Part shown: positions 7,326 through 14,201 of the stretch, piece by piece
Layout: every line of letters starts with the position of its first letter
Numbering within the stretch: the first letter of the stretch is position 1
NCBI GenBank assembly: GCA_043803685.1
Contig: JAZDJU010000007.1
Span: 1 to 17,323 of the forward strand
Source of the DNA: Candidatus Omnitrophota bacterium
GTDB taxonomy: Bacteria > Omnitrophota > Omnitrophia > Omnitrophales > Aquincolibacteriaceae
DNA: 17,323 bases
Direction of reading: 5' to 3'
Program-made: the position numbers and the translations under genes
Notes under the pieces: model-generated
Database searches by the model: none
Told to the model about the DNA's origin: nothing
What the model saw: the letters and a program-made list of their open reading frames with translations, nothing else

Positions 7326-8543
7326 ATGGAAACGACAAAGAGAGGGAATGGCCGGGTTTTCATTCGTGACCATACTTGGTGGATTGATATTACATTTGAT
7401 GGCAAAAGGCGCAGAGAGAGTGTAGTTAAGGTCCATCCGGACAAGGAAATGAATAAAAAGCTGAAGAAGCAAGCTGAGGCCGTTCTCGCGAAGCGGATCA
7501 TGGAGATTGCCGAGAACAGATTCCTTGACGTGAAACGTGACTGCAAGACGACTTTTGCTGCTTTAGCTGACAAATATTTAGCATGGGCGAAAGACAACCA
7601 TGAATCCTATGGGATATCTGACACTTATTTCGTTAAGCAGCTGAAGGAATACTTTGGGAATACGCTGATCTCTGAGATCTCACGGCAGGATGTGGAGAGG
7701 TACAAGAAGCACCGGCAGGGTGAGGGTGTTGGCAATAGCACGATCAATCATGAATTGACCACGCTCCGGCTCATGTTTAACCTTGCGATCAATTTTTGGG
7801 AGCATCCGGACAACAAACAGGCATATCTTTTTGAGGGCAGAAATCCTGCCGAGAGGTTCGACAGACTACCGGAAGAATCACGGGACCGTTATCTCACGAA
7901 GGGCGAACTGGTGAAACTCGTCGATCACATTCTTGTCAAGATCGCTACCGTGACAAATGGGCGGGATCGTAACGGCTACAAAAGACTTCTCGATTTCATC
8001 ATGATCGCGGTTACTACCGGGATGCGTAAAGGAGAGATCAAGTCTTTGACATTCGGATCTAAGGACATTCACCTTTCCGATTCTGATCCGATGGAAAATT
8101 ACATCTATCTGCAGGGGAAACGCACAAAGAACGGCAAACCAAGGATGGTTTATCTCAACCGGATATCGAAGGCCATCTTGTCGAGAGGCTTTGATCTTAG
8201 TTATGAGCCACGGCATCTGTGGGAGACTGTTCGCACAGAAACTGGCTTAGGGGACGTAACGATCCATGATTTTAGAAGAACTTTTTCAACCTATCTCAAT
8301 TCAATCGGGGTAGGCGCTTTCACGTTGGCTGCAATGATGGGCCATCAAGTCCCTGGGTTTGACGTTACAGCCATATATGCACGGCCTGACAGGGAGAAGA
8401 TGAGGGAGGCGATAGGCAAGCTGGAAACGTATCTTGTAGAGCTAATACCAGTGATTAGTGGCACGATAGTGGCACGAAGTGAAAATAATGTCGTAAAGGA
8501 AAGTGCTGCAACTTATTATAGCAAAATGGCTTACGGGGTGTAG
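7326..8543 (+). CDS. Tyrosine recombinase / site-specific integrase
   Basis: N-terminal arm-binding-like region (WWIDITFDGKRRRES), SAM-like core (STINHELTTLR) and catalytic residues R (TGMRKGE), K (RTKNG), HxxR (HDFRR), H (MMGH) and Y (TAIYAR). RBS GGGGAGG. Confidence 0.95.
   Translation: METTKRGNGRVFIRDHTWWIDITFDGKRRRESVVKVHPDKEMNKKLKKQAEAVLAKRIMEIAENRFLDVKRDCKTTFAALADKYLAWAKDNHESYGISDTYFVKQLKEYFGNTLISEISRQDVERYKKHRQGEGVGNSTINHELTTLRLMFNLAINFWEHPDNKQAYLFEGRNPAERFDRLPEESRDRYLTKGELVKLVDHILVKIATVTNGRDRNGYKRLLDFIMIAVTTGMRKGEIKSLTFGSKDIHLSDSDPMENYIYLQGKRTKNGKPRMVYLNRISKAILSRGFDLSYEPRHLWETVRTETGLGDVTIHDFRRTFSTYLNSIGVGAFTLAAMMGHQVPGFDVTAIYARPDREKMREAIGKLETYLVELIPVISGTIVARSENNVVKESAATYYSKMAYGV
8456..8477 (+). 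repeat. Perfect 11-bp tandem repeat TAGTGGCACGA x2, candidate integrase arm-type sites
   Basis: Copies at 8456-8466 and 8467-8477, within the integrase tail and about 60 bp upstream of the tRNA. Confidence 0.6.
8491..8519 (+). promoter_or_regulatory. Possible promoter for tRNA-Pro embedded in the integrase 3' end
   Basis: TCGTAA (8491-8496), 17 bp spacer, TATTAT (8514-8519), ending 14 bp before the tRNA. The -35 match is weak. Confidence 0.35.
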
Positions 8544-8606
8544 CTCAGGGGCTAGAGCGCTTGCTTTGGGAGCAAGATGTCGCAGGTTCAATTCCTGTCA
8601 CCCCGA
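8534..8606 (+). tRNA. tRNA-Pro (anticodon TGG), CCA not encoded
   Basis: Acceptor stem CGGGGTG/CACCCCG with discriminator A; D arm GCTC-AGGGGCTA-GAGC; anticodon arm CTTGC-TTTGGGA-GCAAG (TGG at 8567-8569); T arm GCAGG-TTCAATT-CCTGT. C1-G72 and A73 are proline identity elements. A T-tract follows. Confidence 0.95.
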
Positions 8607-8719
8607 TTTTTCTTTTTTCAGGGAAATAATCTTTTCGTAACTACTTTTATTTACAAAAGATAGACCATTATGGGTCCAGACTAATCCATTTTTGGTAGGG
8701 GTGCTACCAATCTCCAAGT

Positions 8720-8756
8720 TGGGACTGGGCGCAACGAAAAGTGGGACTGACCGCAA
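8720..8756 (+). repeat. Imperfect 15-bp direct repeat TGGGACTGnnCGCAA with 22-bp period
   Basis: TGGGACTGGGCGCAA at 8720-8734 and TGGGACTGACCGCAA at 8742-8756. Confidence 0.55.
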
Positions 8757-8959
8757 ATGGTTATCGGACGTTTTTTATCTTTATGATTCATCTAGCCTCG
8801 GCGTCGAAAAACATTTGTCTAAGTTTTAAAATCCCTCACCTGGTGGGTCGTATGCGTATTATCGCGTATTAGAGACGCTCTGATGCGTAATCCGAGAGAA
8901 GAACGGGCGGATTGACAATTGCTGACAACAATCCTTTGGGGCGCATTTTTTTCACTGGA

Positions 8960-8968
8960 TGATATAAT
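8960..8968 (+). promoter_or_regulatory. Extended -10 promoter element for hamAB
   Basis: TG-A-TATAAT, a perfect extended -10, lies 22 bp upstream of the hamA ATG. RBS-like GAGG at 8979-8982. Confidence 0.55.
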
Positions 8969-8990
8969 AATTCCCCGTGAGGCGATTTAA

Positions 8991-9971
8991 ATGACGAAAA
9001 TTTTGCCGACAAATCTAAAAGACCTATTTGACAAGCTTGTTCGGGGCAAACCGACGGATATTCAGGCGTATTTAACTCAGGTTGAAACGGCTCTGCCTAT
9101 TTCCGGCACCAAGCTTAGCGTACACTGCCACGCCATCGGATTGGATGGGCAACAGTTCCCTCGAGTGAAAGACTTGGCGAAATTCCTTGCGAGCAGGATC
9201 ATGGAGTATGCAATCCCACGCTCAGAAATTGATCGGGCGAAGAAATTCCTTGATTCCACAGGATCTCCCGCGAAGTTCGGAGAGTTGCATAGAAAAGCCG
9301 CTAGCCTATTCTCTGATCTTGAGAAGAGCGGGGAGAGTGGCGAATTGTTACTCTATCTTTTGGTGGAGTACTTCCTAAAGTTCCCCCAGGTAATGTGCAA
9401 GATGCCCCTCAAGACGAACGCGCAGATGCATTACCACGGCATAGATGGGATTCACGCGTCCGTTAACGGCTCAACGGGCAGGCTCGCCCTGTACTGGGGA
9501 GAGTCGAAGCTTTATAAGGACATAGATGCGGCTATTGCGGCGAGTGTAACAAGTATTCAGCCGTTTTTGGTGCCTGGGGGAGGCTCGGGCGATCCTCGCG
9601 AGCGGGACCTTCAACTCATGCGCGACAATCTCACTCTCAACAGCCCTGACCTCGAAGCGGCACTCCTAAGGTATCTGGACCCCGATGACCCGTTGTACAA
9701 ACATCTCGAATATAGGGGTGTCTGCTTGATCGGTTTTGATCACGACGCTTATCCAAATACCCCTCATTCCAAAACCGAAGAACAGGTCTGCGTTGAAATC
9801 AAAAGTAGCGTCGCGACGTGGCTAGAAAAATTAAAAAGTAGGACCGTTGCAGCGTCTCTCGACTCTTTTGTTCTGGAAGTATTCTTTGTTCCGTTCCCCT
9901 CAGTTCAGGAGTTTCGTGATGCATTTTCTAAGGAGATCGGCTTAGGTGCCCCTTCAAGAGAAACTTCTTAA
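8991..9971 (+). CDS. hamA: Hachiman anti-phage nuclease HamA (DUF1837)
   Basis: GESGELLLYLL, KMPLKT, HGIDGIH and LYWGESKLY (PD-(D/E)XK-like D...ExK) match DUF1837. It overlaps a downstream Ski2-like helicase. Confidence 0.88.
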   Translation: MTKILPTNLKDLFDKLVRGKPTDIQAYLTQVETALPISGTKLSVHCHAIGLDGQQFPRVKDLAKFLASRIMEYAIPRSEIDRAKKFLDSTGSPAKFGELHRKAASLFSDLEKSGESGELLLYLLVEYFLKFPQVMCKMPLKTNAQMHYHGIDGIHASVNGSTGRLALYWGESKLYKDIDAAIAASVTSIQPFLVPGGGSGDPRERDLQLMRDNLTLNSPDLEAALLRYLDPDDPLYKHLEYRGVCLIGFDHDAYPNTPHSKTEEQVCVEIKSSVATWLEKLKSRTVAASLDSFVLEVFFVPFPSVQEFRDAFSKEIGLGAPSRETS

Positions 9972-12480
9972 TAGCACTGGCTTTCGGCGGCAGATGCATG
10001 CTCTGACAATAGAATCTGTGCGTGCAATGTTTCCAAATATTATTGTTCCTGAGGACTACGCGGTTCCCGCGCATGATTGGCCACATCTTCTCCTTTCCGC
10101 GAGCATTCTCGCTCAGTACCCGTCAGAAAAAGCCCAAGCGAGCGCACTCAGAATAGCCCATCACTGTCTCTCTTCGGTCCGGGACATCGCAAATAAAGGA
10201 GTAGCGGCCACACTTGTCCTCGACATTCTTACGAATCATCCTTCGATTGCTCTCGCGATTAAAAAAAAACTGGTAGGAGATGATTTTCAGAAGCAGGTGC
10301 CCTTACCGCTACGTCTTGATATGTTGAGGCGGGAAGTCGGTCACACAATAATTCGCGGGAAAGAAAAGTTACATCTGAATCACTTTCAGAAACAAGTATA
10401 CGAGGCTCTCGAGGACTTCGATTGCATAAGTATCTCTGCTCCGACATCGGCCGGCAAGTCGTTTATTCTTGAGCAGTATATGCGTGAGTTCATATCGTCT
10501 TCCGAGCTGAAAAACGTTGTATTTATTGTCCCAACGAGAGCCTTGATCCAGCAGGTGGAGTCGGATCTTCAAAGTCTTCTTTCTAGTCTCGAAAAAAAGC
10601 CGTTAATCAGTTCCGTCCCTCAGGTACCGCAAGGGTGGAAGAGTCAAACAAACGTGTTCGTCTATACGCAAGAGAGGCTCCAATGGCTTTTGAATGATGC
10701 GCCAGCCGATTTTGGAATAGATTTTCTAATCGTTGACGAGGCCCAGAAAATTGGAGACGGAGCGCGCGGTATCCTGCTTCAGCAGGCTATTGAAACAGTC
10801 ATTGATAGATTTCCACATTGTAAAGTTGTATTTTCAAGCCCAATGTCGCGTAATCCCGAATTGCTTTTTCAACATGTTCGACGTAAAGGAACTCCCGTTG
10901 CTTCCGAATTAGTGACTGTTAACCAAAATCTACTCTGGGTTTCTCAAACACGTCAATCTCAGGTTTGTAATGTTGACCTTTGCTTTCATGGGAATCGCGC
11001 TCCGCTCGGGACGATAAGGCTGCATCAGCGGCCAACGGATCCGACCAAGCGGTTTACTTTTATAGCTCAAGCAATGTCCGATAGTAGTGGCGGTAGCTTG
11101 GTCTATGCAAACGGTCAAGCCGATGCCGAGAAAATGGCCGGACTCCTTGCGGATTCAATTCCTGAAAATCGCAGTGATTCGGCCATTACCGATTTAATGG
11201 ACCTCATATCGAAGACGATTCATCCGAAGTACTCACTGCTGATGACGCTGCCGCGCGGAGTCGCATTTCATTACGGGAATATACCTCTATTGATCCGAAC
11301 CGAAATCGAACGCCTGTTCAAAGAGGGTAAAATACGGTTTCTTGTTTGTACATCCACACTGATTGAAGGGGTAAATCTCCCGGCTCGGTCGATTTTCGTT
11401 TACAAGCCAACAAAAGGACGCGGCAGACCAATGGATGATATCGATTTCTGGAACATGGCCGGTCGGGCTGGCCGTCTTGGCAAGGAGTTTCAAGGCAATA
11501 TCATTTGCGTCGATCCGAATAAATGGGACACGCTGCCACCTGAAAAAAGGACGCGCTATGCGATTACGCGAACACTCGATTCAGTAGTATCAAAAGTTGA
11601 CAATCTCTTGGAATTCATCAGTACCGGAAAGGTGAAAAAAGAAGGTCCGAGTAAACAGGAGCTTGAGCATGCCTTCGCATATTTTTTCATTCAGAATGGT
11701 CGTCACGGCTCCATTCGGCAGGCACCATTTGTTCCAAATTGTTCAGAAGATGTCCTTCGGCAACTTCAGCTACATCTGGATGGCATTCAATCAAGCATTT
11801 CATTGCCGCTTGCTGTAGTAGTCCGCAACCCAGGGGTTAGTCCATTAGCGCAACAGAGCCTGTTACAGTATTTCAGCGGCTACAAGAAACCAATAACCGA
11901 GTTGATTCCGACATTTCCTGAAAGCGAAGGTGCTTTTGATTCCTATGTGCGTGTACTGAATCGCATATCCAAACATTTGTCGGGGGATTTTCCAAAATTG
12001 AATCCTTATTATGCTGTCTTAGTTATTAATTGGATGCGAGGATATCCCTTAGCTCGAATCATTAGCGACAATGTTCGGTATTGGGAGAAGCACCCCGAGA
12101 AAAAGAAAAGTATTCCCGCGATTATTCGCGATTCGATGCGGGACGTGGAGGAATTTGCTCGCTTTAAATTCGTGAAATATTCATCGTGCTATGTAGACGT
12201 GTTGAGGTTTTTCTTTAAAGAGAATGGGCATCAAGCATACTTGGATCAGATTCCCGATTTGAATATCTGGCTAGAATTCGGTGCCTCTCAACAGACGCAG
12301 ATATCCCTTATGGGACTCGGTCTCTCTAGGCAGACAGCCATTTCAGTCTCAGAACTGATTCCTAGCCCTGATTTTGGGCGGAAAGAAGTAATTGCATGGA
12401 TCAAAGGACGGGATCTTGAGGGTCTTGATCTATCGCCTATCATTTTGGCTGAGCTAAAGAGAGTTGCGGCGGTTCTTTAA
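9946..12480 (+). CDS. hamB: Hachiman SF2 (Ski2-like DEAD/DEAH-box) helicase HamB
   Basis: Motifs APTSAGKS, VPTRAL, TQER, DEAQ, GVAFHYG, CTSTLIEGVNLPA and NMAGRAGR. GTG start after AAGGAG, and paired with DUF1837. Confidence 0.88.
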   Translation: MPLQEKLLNSTGFRRQMHALTIESVRAMFPNIIVPEDYAVPAHDWPHLLLSASILAQYPSEKAQASALRIAHHCLSSVRDIANKGVAATLVLDILTNHPSIALAIKKKLVGDDFQKQVPLPLRLDMLRREVGHTIIRGKEKLHLNHFQKQVYEALEDFDCISISAPTSAGKSFILEQYMREFISSSELKNVVFIVPTRALIQQVESDLQSLLSSLEKKPLISSVPQVPQGWKSQTNVFVYTQERLQWLLNDAPADFGIDFLIVDEAQKIGDGARGILLQQAIETVIDRFPHCKVVFSSPMSRNPELLFQHVRRKGTPVASELVTVNQNLLWVSQTRQSQVCNVDLCFHGNRAPLGTIRLHQRPTDPTKRFTFIAQAMSDSSGGSLVYANGQADAEKMAGLLADSIPENRSDSAITDLMDLISKTIHPKYSLLMTLPRGVAFHYGNIPLLIRTEIERLFKEGKIRFLVCTSTLIEGVNLPARSIFVYKPTKGRGRPMDDIDFWNMAGRAGRLGKEFQGNIICVDPNKWDTLPPEKRTRYAITRTLDSVVSKVDNLLEFISTGKVKKEGPSKQELEHAFAYFFIQNGRHGSIRQAPFVPNCSEDVLRQLQLHLDGIQSSISLPLAVVVRNPGVSPLAQQSLLQYFSGYKKPITELIPTFPESEGAFDSYVRVLNRISKHLSGDFPKLNPYYAVLVINWMRGYPLARIISDNVRYWEKHPEKKKSIPAIIRDSMRDVEEFARFKFVKYSSCYVDVLRFFFKENGHQAYLDQIPDLNIWLEFGASQQTQISLMGLGLSRQTAISVSELIPSPDFGRKEVIAWIKGRDLEGLDLSPIILAELKRVAAVL

Positions 12481-13021
12481 AGTCCGGTTTATTTCGCCGT
12501 AGCCAAAATTTTAAGAAAATTCGATTCTCTTATGGTGACATGATTTCAAATTTCGTTTGTTCACTCAATTGTGTTGTTTGATGGAGACCGTGCGTTTTTC
12601 AGGGGGTAGTTGGATTGCTCCCCGGAATTTTGGATGATCCATAGCGAATTTTTCTGGATTTACCGAAGGAAACCGAGCCGGAGGTATTATGGAAATTGCT
12701 CGGGAATACACGGTTTGCTGGTAATCCGCCAACGCTGATTGTGGATAAACGGAGAGAGGTGTCCTTCTTCCAGGTCACGTTTCATGCCGGCAACGGGGCG
12801 GGTTGGGGACTTAAGGACGAGGCCTTTGTCGAGGAACGCATCCGGCTGATCTGTGCTAATGTCTAAATGCATCTGGACTCAATGGATGGGGCATTTTACC
12901 GTAGGACCTGGGGTCTTTTCTGACGCTGGCCTATGATTTCTATGAGGCATACTGCGCAGCCGCCTCGGGAAAGCTGTGCCGCGCTTTACCGAGAAAGCAT
13001 CTCTAGAATATCTTCGCAGCG

Positions 13022-13046
13022 TCCGATAAATAGAGCGGAATGACAA
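13022..13046 (-). repeat. Degenerate REP-like palindromic unit
   Basis: The reverse complement TTGTCATTCCGCTCTATTTATCGGA resembles the copy at 13509 (TTGTCATTCCCGAAATCTTTTATCGGG). Confidence 0.45.
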
Positions 13047-13138
13047 GCCACGGAGAAAGTGTTTCTGGATGGTATGCATGCAAAATGCATGTTTCTACAG
13101 AGCAACGCGTATCTATTATTAAATGAAAGAGCAGTGAC

Positions 13139-13384
13139 ATGAAAAGAGACCCGATTTTCGTTTTTTCTTCTTATCTGAAAACTAAATTCACTGTAGTAAA
13201 CCTGCGAATTTCCCGTGTCACCGCGAAGCTAAAAAGAGTTTCGTGTAATTTGGGAAACAAGGATCTTGATAGTGCAATTGAGGATCTTATAAAAGCCAAT
13301 CACATGATGCCTCAAATTTTTTTACGGACGAATCGATTTCTTAAAAGATTGCAATTGAACCGGCAAAGAAAAAAGATTCGTTAG
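13139..13384 (+). CDS. Hypothetical basic helical protein (81 aa)
   Basis: ATG-initiated ORF with an AT-rich upstream region. No family recognised. Confidence 0.4.
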   Translation: MKRDPIFVFSSYLKTKFTVVNLRISRVTAKLKRVSCNLGNKDLDSAIEDLIKANHMMPQIFLRTNRFLKRLQLNRQRKKIR

Positions 13385-13393
13385 AATATTTTC

Positions 13394-13422
13394 TAGACGT
13401 TTGATATTCATAAGAATATAAC
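13394..13422 (+). promoter_or_regulatory. Putative sigma70 promoter
   Basis: TAGACG (13394-13399), 17 bp spacer, TATAAC (13417-13422). Confidence 0.45.
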
Positions 13423-13508
13423 TCGCCTGGTGTTTTATCAGGTCGTTAAAATCGGTTTGACGAGTCCTAGCGGTCAGTTAGCCATCAAATGTCGAGTTGT
13501 TTTTGAGT

Positions 13509-13552
13509 TTGTCATTCCCGAAATCTTTTATCGGGGATCCATGGATTTCCGC
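13509..13552 (+). repeat. REP-like palindromic element of the GTCATTCCCG...CGGGAATCCA class
   Basis: GTCATTCCCGAAATCTTTTATCGGGGATCCA is followed by TGGATTTCCGC, the start of an inverted partner. The core resembles the ATTCCC-N-GGGAAT core of dRS3-type repeats. Confidence 0.6.
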
Positions 13553-13692
13553 TTTTCCGCCAAACTGCGTCGGACGGATTCGTCACAAAAGGTGGCGTTG
13601 CGGCCATCTCCGAGCAAATCGGGCTCTTCAGATCGATTGCCGATGATTGGTCTGAGGATTAAAATGCTTTATTATCAATCCAGGAATCCAAT

Positions 13693-14157
13693 GTGAACAG
13701 AGAAAATCAAGGTAAGAAGGATCGCTCTTTTTGTGAACACTGCTGTGGGGCGAAGCATGTCTTGGCATATTGGCTTGAGAAAATGCTCGAACGGCAAGGC
13801 CTGCGCATGGCGGACATTCCGCCAAATGCTTTTACGATGATTCCGGTGGAGTATCTTCTCTATTGCCATTGCAATAAAGGCATCCTACTCTTCGGAAGGG
13901 GGCGAAACAATCATTGCTTGGAATGTGATGGGTCAACATGGCGTTTCACGGAAACGGGAAAAGATGCCGGATACCGCTGGAAAAAGGTAATACAGTTATC
14001 CCCGGATGAAATCGAGACGCTCCCTTGTGAATATTTCGAACGGTGTCCTTGTGACAATAAAGATCAGGGCCCAAGAAAATTGGAAAGGAAAAAGGCGTTA
14101 AAGGATATTCTTGGCCTATTGGATATTAAAATTCCACGACCAAGTTTCTCCTATTAA
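13693..14157 (+). CDS. Hypothetical cysteine-rich protein, probably zinc-binding
   Basis: 154 aa with 10 Cys, including CEHCCG...CHC and CLECDG...CPC. GTG start after CAGGA. Confidence 0.65.
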   Translation: MNRENQGKKDRSFCEHCCGAKHVLAYWLEKMLERQGLRMADIPPNAFTMIPVEYLLYCHCNKGILLFGRGRNNHCLECDGSTWRFTETGKDAGYRWKKVIQLSPDEIETLPCEYFERCPCDNKDQGPRKLERKKALKDILGLLDIKIPRPSFSY

Positions 14158-14201
14158 GATCGGTATGCCATTTTCCATCTGTGGAACAGTGGGATTCTGA
14201 T

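Larger units (their letters stand above)
1..8543 (+). mobile_element. Right-hand part of a probable integrative conjugative element ending at tRNA-Pro; left end lies outside the window
   Basis: Co-oriented VirB10/TrbI-like gene, PC4-like SSB, cargo genes, YhcG, excisionase-like HTH genes and a tyrosine integrase abutting a tRNA gene. The boundary is inferred; the partner att site is not visible. Confidence 0.7.

Noticed and set aside
8912..8940. Perfect TTGACA as the -35 of the hamAB promoter
   Set aside because: No -10 at 16-18 bp spacing; the TATAAT is 45 bp away.
11154..11164. TTCAATTCCTG match to the tRNA T-arm as a possible att duplicate
   Set aside because: Only 11 bp, inside the intact hamB frame and not extendable; likely chance.
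12687..13079. Minus-strand ORFs 12687-12872 and 12879-13079 as genes or a RAYT transposase
   Set aside because: No HUH or other recognisable motif, and one overlaps a REP-like unit.
13430..13696. 88-aa ORF as a real gene
   Set aside because: It runs through the REP-like palindrome, has no RBS and has no recognisable motif. Leaderless translation cannot be fully excluded.
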